The notes: generated from the letters alone by a model not told the origin. 64,000 bases of DNA from Lama glama (GCA_028534125.1 CM052816.1:67520001-67584000), one strand, 5' to 3'; counted from the first letter of the stretch, positions 26,981 to 40,052 are shown. Translations and numbers: made by a program.

Positions 26981-28099
26981 GTGTTTGCACGTAATTATGT
27001 GGATATACAGAAAATCGCTGAATGATACAACCTGTTCATACAAACGGCAGCTACCTCAGAGGTAAGAAGAGACTGGGAACTTTAAAAAAAGAAAAACTCC
27101 CACATAGTGTTTGATGGATTACAACGTATAAGTACTATTTATATAATAATACTTTTTAAAGACCCATATAACCAATGAAGCATAAAAATAAAGAAAAATT
27201 AAAATTAGAAGTAGAAATACTCACCCTGAGGTGTGCCCTGGGGAGAGATTAGCTCTGTCTGCACAGTGGTAGATGCCTGAAGCTGTCAGTGCCCTTGGAC
27301 CTGAGAGGTAGCTGCTTCAAGGGACTAATTTGCACTGTTAAATGTATGGCTAGATTTATGCATTCCATTTTAAAGTGTGTCTACAACTGTGGCAGTTTCT
27401 TGATGATTATTGAATCTGGTTGATAGGTGCATAGGGTTTCATTGTATTTTTCACTCTACTTTTGCGTCGGTTGATATTTTTTCAAGATAAATAGCAAGAA
27501 ACAAAGATTCTGATAAAAATACAATATAGTTTATGATCACAGCCCTTGAAAGGAAGAAAATAGATGTATTCTTCCTAACACCAAGAGAATCTGACAATTC
27601 CTTCATACTCATTATATTAATTACAATAAGATCAGTTACAATTTGATGAGTTAATTCAAACTGAATTTCTTGTTAACCATGAGGAAATGAAAGTTCTCAA
27701 AACGAACAAGTAATACAAGTATTATGGCCTCAAAATTAAGGATAATATAATAATGTACTATTGTAGTTAAAAATCAAGATGTAATTGGTGAGTTTCTTAA
27801 AGGCATACTAGCCAGGAATCAATTTCATCATGATAAGAAACATTAATCTGTCAAGAAGGGAACTTCACCCCAATCACCCCAACCTGGCTAATGTTTATAG
27901 TTTTCCTCAAAACATCTGATTGGTTAATAGGGTTTATCTTGGCTCTCTAATATAAGCTGCAGTGACCAGCTCAGTATTTTGTAACCCTAAAATATCTGTG
28001 TCAACATCTCATCTGCCCAAGGTTCCTGTTATTGAAACATATGGCACCTCTACTACAATGTGGAATTCAATTTAATCAAGGTGGAATCAAACGTATTTG

Positions 28100-28100
28100 G

Positions 28101-28136
<36 letters not shown>

Positions 28137-28137
28137 A
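28100..28137. repeat. (TA)n(TG)n microsatellite
   Basis: Directly visible. Confidence 0.95.
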
Positions 28138-29569
28138 TTTTTTCCTCTGCTCTAGATCTGTAACCATGAGAACTTTAAGAGTGAGGGAGGCTCAGAAGAG
28201 ATTAATATTAGGTGAGAGAGACTATTCTTTCTTGAAGATTCCAGACTGCTCCTGCAAAATGATCAAGGGAGCTAGCATCAGTGGGTCATAAACCAACAAG
28301 GTGGATCGTGCATGGTTAAGTATCAACAATATGTGTGCCAGCAAGAAGTCATGTAAGTGGATCCTAATCAGACTCCAGAGCCATCTCTACTTGGGTGCTG
28401 AAGGTAGATTGACTCTCTTTTGGCTGTGAAAACCCCGAGGGACTTTAGACAATTCAGAGGAAATGTGGAGACTCCAAGGAGATACTAAAGTTCCTGCTAA
28501 AAAGGCTTATGGACTGCAGTGCCCTGACACCCCAAGTATGTGGAGCACCTCCAACTGAATACACTTGTGAAGTGTAGTCAGTGTCCTCTCCTAAGTCTGT
28601 AGAGTAGGGGAGTCAAGGAAAGTGGGAGAAATTTGAAATAGTTGCCATGAGGAATGGGAGAAAATTCTGATAAAGCATCCACTGAAGGGCTTTGAGGAAG
28701 AGTAAGTTGAGATTGTGAGAACCTTATTGATTGATTTTCTCAGCAGCTCTAAGCAACCTGAGTTCAGGGGCTGAGAGGATGGATGAATAAAAACTTGGAT
28801 ATGATGGGAGGCAAAGGGACAAAGATGGTGAACTCATTGATAAGACAGTGATTGAACTGATAGAACCTGGGGTCTAGGCTGAGTGAAGAAAAGAAAGGAG
28901 ACAGAAGGGTGTTAAAGTTGGGAGGAAACATAGGAGGCAATCCATGGTGGAGGAGGAAGTGTCTTGACTAGATCAAAGGCCAAGTGGAAGAGCTGGAAGG
29001 TTGTGGTCAGTGAGCAATTTACTGTAATTCAATATATCAGAGGTGGAGCACATAGATGTACAAAGGTCCCCAGGTGTGCCCATGGGAGGAGGTAGTTGTT
29101 ATGGAATAAAGGTCACTGTATACATTAACCCACCATGAAGCTAGAGTGTTGGATGTCTTAGCCATATGGGTGTTAACACTGATGACAACTGGCAAAGAGA
29201 AAGGCTCTCTGGCAGGAATTTAGGAGAGTACCAAGAGACTGAGAGATGACAGGCTGCTTTTTTTGGGGACTACCACTCCCAGCCTCTGATCTCTAGCCAT
29301 TGCATTCTGGAATCCTGGAGAGGAATGCAAGGACCCTGGTCCACTACTCTCTGAATATTCCCTACCACACCACACCCACCTTCCCCTTACTACATACACA
29401 CAAACACACACACCCCAGAGGCCTCTCTCATCCTAAATTAGCAAAGAGCAATGGACAGGTCCTAAACATAAATGTCCCATTAATTCAGAAGAGAAAAAAG
29501 TGAAGATGACAACAATTTATGAGGAAGATGAATGGTTTATCATATTGTTACGAGTCAAGAAATCAGAAC

Positions 29570-29760
29570 ATTTATTGCAGCTTTACTTTGTGCTTAGCTT
29601 AGAGTTCAAGTGTAAGGGCTTCGTCAGCTTAATAGCTGCATGAGCAGAGCAAATTACCTTACCTCTCGAAACCTCAGGTTGTTGTCTTAAAATTATGGTA
29701 ATACTGCCTACTTCACAGAGTTGCTACAAGGGTCAAATGAGATGTTCCTAGTAAACTATT
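29570..29760 (+). mobile_element. MIR SINE
   Basis: gcaaattaccttacctctcgaaacctcagg...cctacttcacagagttgctacaagggtcaaatgaga. Confidence 0.7.
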
Positions 29761-30222
29761 TGGAAGAGGAAGGGCTCAATCCCTGCTAGGTATTATTATC
29801 CTTCTTCCTTGTTCCTGAGGCAGTTTTCTCATGTAATCCTCTTTCCTCATTCCAGAATGAAGAGAAATTCATCCTGTTTGTCAGGGAATGTGATGGATTC
29901 AGCTTATACCAACTCTGAGTTGTTTGCTTCTCTTCCCAGCTTGTGGTTTGGTGACGTTCATAGCTGAGGTCTACAACGGTGGGGTTATTTACACCATGGA
30001 AATTGGCAGATACAACAAAATAGGGCTTTTGGTAGGTCAGAGTTGTTTTACCAGCACACGCCTGCCCTTGACTTCTGCTTGAGAGTTTCCCTGTCAGCTC
30101 TGTAGCTGATGTGCAGTTCATCACCTGGTTCCCAGCCTCTTGCAGGTTTCTATTTAGTGAGACCCTTCTCTCGCCCCAGTGCCTCCATCACCCTCTGATT
30201 GGTGGGCTCCGTGAAACATTAC

Positions 30223-30559
30223 TGTATTGCAGGTGTTCAAGGTGCTTGAGGCCTGATAGGTTCACAGATTTGGGCAGACCAAAGACCACTCGCGGAGCCA
30301 TGGGTATCTCTGACATGGCAGATTACACAGGCTTCAATGGCAGCAGAGGCAGAAAATACCGACCGCCTTATATAGGAAGGCAAACAAAGCCGGCATCTAG
30401 CCAACGACATGAACTATGTGGGCAACCGTAGCGCTTGCGCAGTGCAAGTCATCATTACATAACAATACATATAGGTACTGTGCATGCAGGATAATACTGC
30501 TGAGTCACTGGGCACCAGCTGTTAGGTGAGGGAGCCTGACTGACTCCATTTTCCCTATA
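30223..30559 (-). mobile_element. Solo LTR (337 bp, 5-bp TSD, possibly ERVL class)
   Basis: TSD ATTAC at 30218-30222 and 30560-30564. Minus strand reads TATAGGGAAAATGGAGTCA...TACA (5' TG apparently mutated to TA) with an internal TATATAAG. Confidence 0.75.
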
Positions 30560-31024
30560 ATTACAATTGCCAGATCCTTCTATTTTCACAGCTCTTTCTG
30601 TCTTGATGTTTCTACAGTGTTCGCTTAAGGAGCTACAACGCCTCCAGTATTATCCCAGCTTCTGCCTAGTTTTTATTATGGAATTTAAATGTTTTTAGAA
30701 AGAGAAGGAAGGAGGACTAGAAGAGAACACGCCAACTCCCTCAAAACACATCTCCCATATGAAGGAAGGCTGGCTGTCTAAGTTCACTCATTTCTGCAGC
30801 CCTTTATTTCTTCATTCAGGGGCAAAAAGATGGGCTTTCCTACCTGACTTCTTGCTAGTTTGCAGTTTTCCCCAGTGGCATAGAAAGGAAGAGCAATTGA
30901 TTAAACTTTTCTAGATGATTCCATCTAACTTATACTTAGTGGAATTCTCCCCATAGGTTAATTGTCAGTTTTCTTTTAATAGTTTTTATTTTGATCTTGG
31001 TATTCATCTTTCTTCTTCTTCTTC

Positions 31025-31178
31025 TTTTTGGCGGGAGGGGGGAGTAATTCGGTTTATGTATCTATTTATTTATCTATTTTAATGGAGGTACTGGGGATTG
31101 AACCCAGGACCTTGTGCATGCTGAGAATGCACTCTACCACTAAACATGTGCTCTGCCACTGAGCTATACCCTCCCCAC
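31025..31178 (-). mobile_element. Vic-1-like SINE with internal ~20-bp duplication
   Basis: atgcactctaccact / atgtgctctgccact repeated. TSD-like tctttcttcttctt on both sides. Confidence 0.9.
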
Positions 31179-32506
31179 TTCTTTCTTCTTCTTAAGTATT
31201 TTGATTGGTAGTTGAAAAAGTCTATGTCAGGATCTGCTAGCTGAATACATTTTATATTGGAAATAGTCCTAAGAGAAAGTCAATTTTGCTTACAAACTTC
31301 ATTTTTGTTCTACCTCTTTTCATGTCCCCACTAAAGTTGTTACTAAATAGAATTATTTTGCATTGACAGGATCTAATTCAACTCTGAGTTTCTAGGAATT
31401 TCTTGGAATATACCATGGTACCCTGAATAAAAAGATTCCTCCAATATGCATGAATTAACAGAATTATGAACTCTGCCTAGAAAGAAAGCTGAGAGCCAGG
31501 GAATACTCATATATTAAAGTGTATTTTCAAGAACTACTTTTTAACCTGAATAGATAAAACCTATATCCAAATTGAAATTTTAACACACATCCCCCTCCAA
31601 TGGATTTAGCAAGAAACAAGCTTCAATTCAAATATGTATTGGACACCATCTACCAAAGTAATTTCTGGCAGAGGAAAAAATTATCAAAAGACCTTTCTTG
31701 TCAGAAAGGCCTGTATTTTAGGACCATCCTTAGGAATGAATGTTATACAATTGATAGTGGATATTTTCTGAATAAGAAAGTGGGCAGAAAAGGTAGCGAG
31801 GAGAGGGGATCAGTGGGTTATTTAAAGGCTATTCTTGTGCTGGGATGCTCTGTGGACCGTGTGTAGGTGCTGGGAAATCACAGGGGTGAGGCCCTACTCC
31901 TCTTCCCACATTTCTCATCAACGGGCAGTCTAGGAGGATGAGTAATGCAGCTTGATTTACTTTGCCTGCGTGCTGCCAGGTTATGATCAGCTGTCAAGAG
32001 GAGTAACCACTCTCTTGTGAGTAAGCCACCAAGTTGTTTGATTTTGGGAGGAGTAACACGTTCCCTTCCATGTGGGGAGAGCCAGGTGAGCCTGAGTGCT
32101 AGGCTTTGTTAAACAAATCAGAATCCTTTTATAAGGCGGTAGGCACTAGCTTGGGTTCACCAGGAGCGACGCATGCCAAAGTAACTTCATTTTCTTCTTT
32201 ACAAGAGATTGATAGAAGAAAGAAAAGCTATTGATAGTAATTTCTTGGTTTAGTGAGACACCTGGCATCCTTACGGATGAATTCAGGAAATGTAGTGTGG
32301 CAAATAATACAATGGATTATGTGGATTAGATTTTTAGTTAATTTTTTAATAACAGTAGCCAAACTTCTCTGATTAATCAGTCTATATTGGCTTGGAGGGC
32401 TTTTTTTTCCCTCAGTGTATGTAGTTTTATGCTGGATTTATGAGTTATTTGTATTTTTATAAACTACCTCACTGAAGATCTAGAAGAGACACTTCCCAAA
32501 TGGGCA

Positions 32507-32880
32507 TGCTACTGGGAAAAGGAAAATAAGAATTACCTTGATTCTTAGTCACCTGAAAAAAAGAATTTTTGATGAGAGACAGAAAGCATGATAAGCAAGA
32601 TTTTTATTAGTGAAGTAAAAAAAAATAGTGAAAAATAGTACACTCCCGAGAATTGGGAGCAGGCCAATCCAAGAGAGGATTCCTGTTTTTATATCCTGGT
32701 TTTGTGATTGATTAATTGATTGATTGATTGACAACTCAGGTTCCCTGCTCTCTGGTTGATTGACAGCTCAGGTTCCTTGTGTCTGGTTAATTGACAGCTC
32801 AGGTTCCTTGTGTTCTAGATTGTTCCTTTCTCCTTCCTCTCCCCCTGCCCAGTGCTCATTTCTATCTAAACTGCCTAACA
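32507..32880 (-). mobile_element. ERV1 (gamma-like) solo LTR, 374 bp
   Basis: TG...CA termini with 4-bp TSD GGCA (32503-32506, 32881-32884). On the minus strand: three ~30-bp U3 repeats, ATATAAAAA (~32686-32694) and AATAAA (~32602-32607). Confidence 0.88.
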
Positions 32881-34279
32881 GGCAGATGACTAAAAGCTGG
32901 AGGAATAGATTACAGGCTGGGTGATAGAATCAAGATCTCCATAGACTATGCGATAGACTCAAAAGACAATTTTAAAAATCAGCCTCACAAATATCCTAGA
33001 ACGAGAAAAAACTTCTTTAAAAAAGAAAAGGGCTTTGTTGATTTTAAGCTTATGTTATGTAATAGTTTGCCACTGAAAAAAAGCAGGGGCAATCTTAAGT
33101 TGTATTAATAAAATTATAACAAAAGAAGAATGGGGCTACTGTTTTCTGTAATGATCAGATCATAGTCATTCATGATTACTTATTACTATGGTTCAGGCTA
33201 TCATTCTAGAATTATAGGAATCCAAGAATGGATCAGTCTGAGTTACTTCAGGAAGTTTTCAGTCAATTCAGAGGTAAGTCTGTACTTTAATAGCCACAGC
33301 AGAAGGTAGGACTCAAGGTATCCTAAGAGAGGTATAGGTAAAGTTGTGTGTAAATTCAGAGAAGACAGATTATTTTTAGGAGTAGAGATCAAGAAATGCT
33401 CATTGAGCAGAAGGCATACACAGCTGGAGGAGAGAACACGGTCAGATCTTTTGTGTTGTGTATGAATCTTATGGGGGTAGGTGTTTGTGGTCGGCAGATA
33501 TTTGGCGCACGGAGGACCAATTTGAAGTGTCAGAGCAAAGGAAACTAATTGGAAGTCCCAAGTGCAGAAATGGTACAGAAAGTAGGTATGTTGGGCTGAA
33601 TATGTCAAGGGCAATAGTGTAAAGGTAAATTGGAGTCAGATAATTGTGCTTTATTAACATCAGTGGGAAGGGGCCACAGGGCTTCAAAGAGGTCCTTTCT
33701 CCTCAAACAAGGATCAGATTTCCCAGCTTTTGCCTCTCTTCTCTGATCATCACAGTCTAAGTGCAAGATTTCTTTGCTTTTTTTTTTTTCACTCTGATAT
33801 ATCTCACTAAGTATATGTAGTCAGAGTCCTATGTTCCATAGATATTAAAATAATTCTTTACTCTATATCTCTTAAAAACTGCTCCCTCCTGTATATTCCT
33901 GTAAGTACAACCTTAAGTCTTACTCTTTCTCTACCTCAATCTTCCTTTTTCCACTCTTAACTACCCTTTGTGGTTGATTAGTTGTTCAAATCACTTCCTT
34001 GATATGCCTCTTCTGTGTGTATTCTGTGAAATGCAAACACCTTCTGCATGAGGTGTAGTTGTTACAAGTATTAATAAGACATAAATGGACTGGGGTTGGG
34101 TTTTGGAGAAAGTATAGAGAGGAGGCATCAAATCTCCAATGGCATGAGCTGGAGAATAACAATCCAGGGTTAGACCAAAGCCATCAATTAGGAGAAGCCA
34201 TGACTATGAGAAAGGATAGTGGGTCTTGGTTGACCAGAGAGAGAAGAAACAGAAACAGATTTGAGCCACGTCAGTAATG

Positions 34280-34425
34280 CTCATATAATGCTCACTGCTT
34301 GCCAGGGAACATCTGAAGTGTATAACATACCTCAGCTCATTTAATCCTTAATTTAAGGTAGATGCTTTTAATATTCTCATTTTCACAGATGAGGAAACTG
34401 AGGCAGAAAAGCATTAAGTATCTTG
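34280..34425 (-). mobile_element. MIR SINE
   Basis: cattttcacagatgaggaaactgaggcagaaaag core. Confidence 0.8.
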
Positions 34426-35011
34426 GCAGTCTGGTCCCAGGGGGCCCTGCTTTGAGTCACCACCCTGCACTGCCCCACCACGTGGCCCTCTGGGACAGGG
34501 GTTTTGCTGCAGAGACAACCCGTGCACTGTGCCACAGAGGATTCAGGCCAGCTCTACAGCTCTTTCTGTTTTATTGCCCCCAGTGATGCCAGCCTATGTG
34601 ACCTGTCTTGAGGTTTTATGAAGTCTAGCTGGATGCCTGAGGGTTGAGTCTTTTAACTTGCAAGGATGGAGGAGAAAGAATCATGATGAGATTTGCATTT
34701 TTGGCAAATCTCCTTTGTGGGAGATTTGTTCCTTTGTGAGGAGTCAGGTAGGAGGCAGCAGGAGTGTTGCAGGCTGAAGCCATCTTCTAGGTGAGGGGTG
34801 ATGAGAGACTGAATTAGAGAGATTGGCAGTGGGGATAAAGAGGGGTGGGCCAGTTTGAAAGATATTTAAGAGGGAGATTTCAAGACTTGGTGATTTTTTA
34901 GATGTGAGGGACAAGGGAGAGGAAAAGCCAAGAATGATAACCAGGGAAACTGGGTAGATAATGATGCCATTCACTGAGATTAAAAAAATGGAGTAGATAA
35001 AAGAATGTCAG

Positions 35012-35188
35012 GTAGGGCTGGCCTCATGGGCATGTGAACTGTGCAGTCACAGGAGGCCCTGTGCTCAGAAGTGCCCCATGATTGACTTATGCTCTGCTGC
35101 TGCTGCTGCTGCTGTTAGTAATATTGAACAGGGAACTCTATGCTTTGGTTTTGCACTAAGCCCCACAAGTTATGTAGTTAGTCCCGCC
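35012..35188. mobile_element. MER45A-like hAT-Tip100 MITE containing a short (CTG)n
   Basis: agggctggcctcatgggcatgtg...ttttgcactaagccccacaagttatgtag. Confidence 0.7.
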
Positions 35189-35413
35189 ATCAGGCATTTG
35201 GGAAAGCAGCTTCAGAGCTTGGAGGAATAAGGGTTTGAGTGTTGTTCTCCAAACTGTGTTTCCCATGGATGCTAATAGGTCTTGTGTTGGGGGAAAATGG
35301 AGGGTCCATAAAATGGGGCTTCATGGTCAAGTAAAGTGAGGAAATAGCAGGTTAAGCAAAGTTAAATTATTTCTTAAACTGAAGAATATCCCAGAATTAA
35401 TATACTAATAAGC

Positions 35414-36360
35414 TGTGACATAATAAAGAATATCTGGTCTTTGTCCCTGTTTCCTGGTACAGAGCTTCATAAACCTTTAGAATTTCCTGGGCGGGGAGGG
35501 TATAGCTCAGTGATAGAGTGTGTGCTTAGCATGCACGAGGTCCTGGGTTCAGCCCCCAGTACCTCCATTAAAAAAATTTAAAAAAAAGAATAAAAAATAA
35601 ATCTACCTCCCCTACACCCAACAAACAAACAAACAAAAAACTTCAAAAAAGAAAAAAGCTTTAAGAAAAAACAACCTTGGAATATCCTAAGTGAGTGATA
35701 GGAGTGTCTTTGTTATGCTATTGACATAATATGGCGGTGGGGGCGGGTGTGTGCCTAGATCTGGATGGGGGCTGATCATCAGAAAGACTAAACCTGTAGT
35801 TTGAGGGCTGTAAATTTCAGCCACTCGACCTCTAAGTAGGGGAGAAGGACTGGAGATTGAGTTCAGTCACTTGGCCATTAGGCTTATGGAATGAAATCCC
35901 AACAAACAAAAACCTCTGGACTGGGAGGCTCTGTGGAGCTTCCTGGTCAGTGAACACACTGATGTGCTGGAAGGGTGACGCGCCCGGATTCCATGAGGAG
36001 AGGGCATGGAAGTTCTGTGGTTCCCTTCACCTTGCCTTATGTGTGCCTTCCACTTGGCTGCTCCAGAGTTGTACCCTTCATAATACAACTGTCATCATAA
36101 GCATAGGGTTTTCAGTGAGTTCTGTGAGTCATTCTAGTGAATTATTGAAACTGAAAGGACTGTGGGAACCCTCACATTTATAGCTGGACAGTTGGAAATG
36201 CTGATAGTCCCTGAGATTTGCAGCTGGTTTCTGAAGGGAGGGCAATTTGAGAAGGGCTTTCCCTTTGACTTATGGGATCTTCGCAAACTCTGGTTCATTT
36301 ATATTGGAATTGAGTGTAATTGGAGGATACCTACTGGGTGTCAGAGTATCAGTGTCAGAA
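35414..36360 (+). mobile_element. MER21-type LTR interrupted by a Vic-1 SINE
   Basis: tgtgacataataaagaatatctggtctttgtcc...gtgagttctgtgagtcattctagtgaattattgaa...gtgtcagaa. Confidence 0.8.
35489..35672 (+). mobile_element. Vic-1-like SINE
   Basis: tRNA-Ala head and A-rich tail. Diverged TSD aacctttagaatttcct / aaccttggaatatcct. Confidence 0.9.
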
Positions 36361-36361
36361 C

Positions 36362-36800
36362 TGTTGGGCTGTAGAAGATACTTGGGTGGCCCAGGATCCC
36401 CCTTCACTGAGCTAGCAGCCCATTCCCCAAGCCGAAGGATCAGAGGAGCCGGTTGCTGACAGCTCTCAGTTTCGTCCCTCTCTGAAAGATGCCTTGGCAG
36501 GAGGGAGCCAAACTGCCCATGGTTGCTCCCCCTCATCCCTTGCACAGCTTGTATCCAATGACCAGAGAAGCCTGACCCATCTTGCCTCAATGCATAAGGA
36601 CTCTGAATGGCTAGTCCAGCTCCAGAGCTCCTTGTGAAATCAGTGGAGGGTCCCACAGTCAGTGTATTGCAGTGAAACCTCCTTCTGCCCAGTCTTGCTT
36701 CTCTCACTCCCTTACAGGTGCTGTTTCCAAAGAGACACCCCACAAACCACCTGCACACAAATCTCTATTTCAGTTTATTTCCTAGGGAACTGGACCTATA
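36362..36800 (+). mobile_element. LTR16-like ERVL LTR
   Basis: gctgacagctctcag...cttgcctcaa...aaaccacctgcacacaaatctc...ttcctagggaac. Confidence 0.7.
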
Positions 36801-37199
36801 TAGAGGCACCATAAACCTCTAAAAAGGATATAAAGTATGTAGCCTTTCCCAAACTTATTTGATGATGGACTCCTTTTTCTGTAGCATCATGTGGGGTGAG
36901 AATGTTTCTGATGGGCCAGCTTTCAGAAGTGAGGGTCTGGTACTGACTGATTGGCTTGAAGAAGTATGTTCCCTAAAGCAAGTTGTCCTTGATTGATTAA
37001 ATGGTTGAAATCTGATGATGGTGGCTACTTATTTCCGTGGCTACAGAAAAATCAGGGTTTTTTTGGGGGGAGGGGTGGAGTGTGGGAACTTATTTTTATA
37101 CTCTCAAGGAGATGTTCTTTTTACCACGATTGAACAGAATAAGAAAACTGAAAAGGAAAGATTAAGTAATTTGCCCAAGATCAAAAGTGTCAGGGAGAG

Positions 37200-37885
37200 G
37201 ATCACATTTACAGTTTTTAAAGCTTGCTGCAAGGCACAAGTAATCAAGACAGTGTGGTACTGGCCTAAGGGATAAACATATAGATCAATGGAACAGATTT
37301 GAGAGTCCAAAAATACACCCTTTACATTTATGATCAATTGATTTTTGACAGGGTGCTGAAACAATTTAGTGGGGAAAGGATAGTCTTTTCAACAAATGGT
37401 GAAACAACTGGATAGCTATTTCCAAAAGAATGAAGTTGCTATCGTACCACACACAAAATTAATTCAAAGTGTATCACAGGCCCAAAGGTAAGAAGTAAAA
37501 CTATACAACTCTTAGAATAAAACACAGGATTAAATCTTCATGAATTTGGATTAGGCAAAGTCTTCTGTGATGTAATACCAAACATATGCAACAGAAGAGA
37601 AAATAGATTTCACTGGACTAAACTGGATTTCATTCAAATTAAAAACTTTTGTGCTGCAAACAGTACCATCAAGAAAGTGAAAAGACAACCAACAGAATGG
37701 GAAAAAATATTTGCAAATCATATATTTGATAAGAGGCTTGGATCCAGAATATATAAGAATTCTTAGAATTCAAATATTAGAAGACAACTCAATTTAGAAA
37801 ATGGGCAAAAGACTTAAACAGGCATTTCTCTAAAGATATACAAATGGCCAGGGAGCATATGAAATGATATCCAACATCCTTAGCC
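37200..37885 (+). mobile_element. L1 ORF2 3' fragment
   Basis: KAQVIKTVWYW in the ORF track; gaatgggaaaaaatatttgcaaatcatat. Confidence 0.88.
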
Positions 37886-38944
37886 TTCAGGGAAGGATCC
37901 AATGAAAGAAGAGGCAAATCCACGAGAAAGAGGCCAAAATGGATGGGACAAAGTTTTGAGAGGAAGAAAGAATTCAAACCAAGAACACAATTGGAAGACT
38001 TACTTTTGGAAAATAGGCAAGATATTTCTTTAAGACAATAAGAAAGGACAGTCCAATACACAAGGACATTGAGAGATGATAAAAGAAAACTTGATGGAAT
38101 CATCAGATGGTTTCAACCTTCACAGTAAATCGGGAAGTAAAGTGATTCAAAGAAAGTGAAAAGCTGAATATTTCATTTTGCTCTGAATAATAAAGATTTT
38201 TAACGAGTTCAAAAGTTTTAATGAAATACATGGAATTCTTTTTTTTTCACTTTTCTTTCCAATGAAAATGTACTATAACTTCTTTATAGAAAAATTTTAA
38301 GGCAATTAATGCAGAAAAATAGTATTTGTGGTCTTGTGACCCTAATATAACCACCATCAACATTTTGATGAATTTCTTTCTGGTCTTTTTAATGCATTAA
38401 AAAAATCTTAATATACTCAAAGTGTATGAATAACTAGTATCTTGAATGTTTTTAAACATTTTTTATGCTTATGAGTCTCACCCATTTCCCCTGCCCTGCC
38501 ACCCTTGATGGTATATAGACTTAATATTGTAGCCATTTTGGGGAACTGCATAAAGTTGATAAATAAATTTATTATAATTAGACAATAAGTCCCCACTCAT
38601 TGAACATTGACTTCAATTTTCCAATGTTATAATAATGCCAGAAAAAATATTTTCACACTGTGGACTGTTTCTTCAGTATAAATTAACAAGTAGAATTGCT
38701 GGTCAAGAACTATAAATAATTTCATGCCTTATACTATTTAATGTTAATTCAAGTACAACCTTGAGAGATGATTTCATTCACCAGTAATTAAAAACAAAGT
38801 ATCTTTTGGCCTACCATCCATTTTGCTTACCAAATTAGCCAAAAAAAAAAAAAAAGAGAGAGGATACTTACAATAGTAAGTTGTTATGAAGTTTCTTATG
38901 AAGCAATTTGGTAGAAAATATCAATGACCATAAACATTTTTCTG

Positions 38945-39343
38945 TCCTGGTTGCAACGTATTTCAAGGACATTGCCAAATCCAAGCTTCCTTAGCAAAGG
39001 TATTTAAGATTTTCCATTACGGAAAGAGGTGATCTGCTTAAATGTTCCAAACTTGAAAACAATGCAAACAAGCAGCCTCCAGCTAGGTATGATTATTATG
39101 TTAGCAAACAGGACATTGTATCACAAATTCTAGGTTTAACGAAGATTTAGTTACTCATCAAAAACAATGAAGGAGCAAGAAAATTATTCTCATCAAGTAC
39201 ACAATTTAAACAAATGGATGAAATTTCTGCAACTTCAAATTTTGTAGCAAATGGATATTTTAATTATTGGTAAAAAATGGAAATATGGGTAAGCTTTATT
39301 TTCACTCTTGCTCCAGGTCCTGCAAATGTTAGGAACAGGCCTG
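38945..39343. mobile_element. MER45B/C-like hAT fragment
   Basis: Terminus tcttgctccaggtcctgcaaatgttaggaacaggcctg. Left boundary uncertain. Confidence 0.45.
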
Positions 39344-39644
39344 TGGGAGCAGAAAAGGAGGGGTTTGAAGGGGCAACTGTTAACCAGCAGGTCAACATTT
39401 TAGTGGAGGAGCATTTTTTCTTTTTCTGAGCTCTACCTTTGTCTTTTTCATTTTTACATCAAACATAACTGTATTCAGGGTATGTTTGATAGTTAACACA
39501 AATGTTAAGTATATTTATAAAAATGTAAATAAAATATATTTATGTATTATATTATTTTACTTATTGTATTTTGTGTTATTTTATATTATATTTTATATTA
39601 TTATATTATATTTATTTACTATTTTATATATTTCATATATAAAA

Positions 39645-40025
39645 ATGATGGCTAGTTTTTAATGTGTCAACTGAGATAATCTATACTAGCCAGTTATTAA
39701 GTCACAGTAATCTAGGTGTAGCTGTTGAGGTACTTTGTAGGTGGGGTTAACATCTATAATCAATTGGTTTAAGTAAAGATGACCCTCAGTAATATGAGTG
39801 GGTGTCATTCAATTAGTTGGAACGCCTGAAGAGCAAAAACTGAAGTTTCACAGGTAAGAAGAAATTCTACCTCAGGACAGCAGCATCAGTTCCCGCCTAA
39901 CAGTTCCAGACTTGCTGGCCTATCCTATAGACTTGCCAGCCCCCACAATCACACAATCATATGAGCACATTCCTTGAAATGTCTCTCTCTTTTCTCTCTC
40001 TCTCTTTCCCACCCTGACTAATATA
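39645..40025 (+). mobile_element. MLT2 (ERVL) LTR preceded by a (TTATA)n AT-rich tract
   Basis: tgatggctagtttttaatgtgtcaactg...cattcaattagttggaacgcctgaagagcaaaaactga...accctgactaatata. Confidence 0.8.
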
Positions 40026-40052
40026 GCATGTTTTAAAAATAAGGTATTTTTT

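Noticed and set aside
30366..30376. CArG (SRF) box, also considered at 32125-32136
   Set aside because: The A/T cores are 7 and 8 nt rather than the required 6.
32726..32815. ~30-bp repeats as a CRISPR-like array
   Set aside because: Head-to-tail repeats with no unique spacers, inside a mammalian LTR.
35489..35570. tRNA-Ala(AGC) gene calls for this and the other eight tRNA-like heads
   Set aside because: Extra 5' G-rich leader, A-rich tails, TSDs and CpG decay mark them as SINE copies.
36270..36758. 162-aa minus-strand ORF
   Set aside because: Lies in antisense LTR16/MER21 sequence with no recognisable protein.
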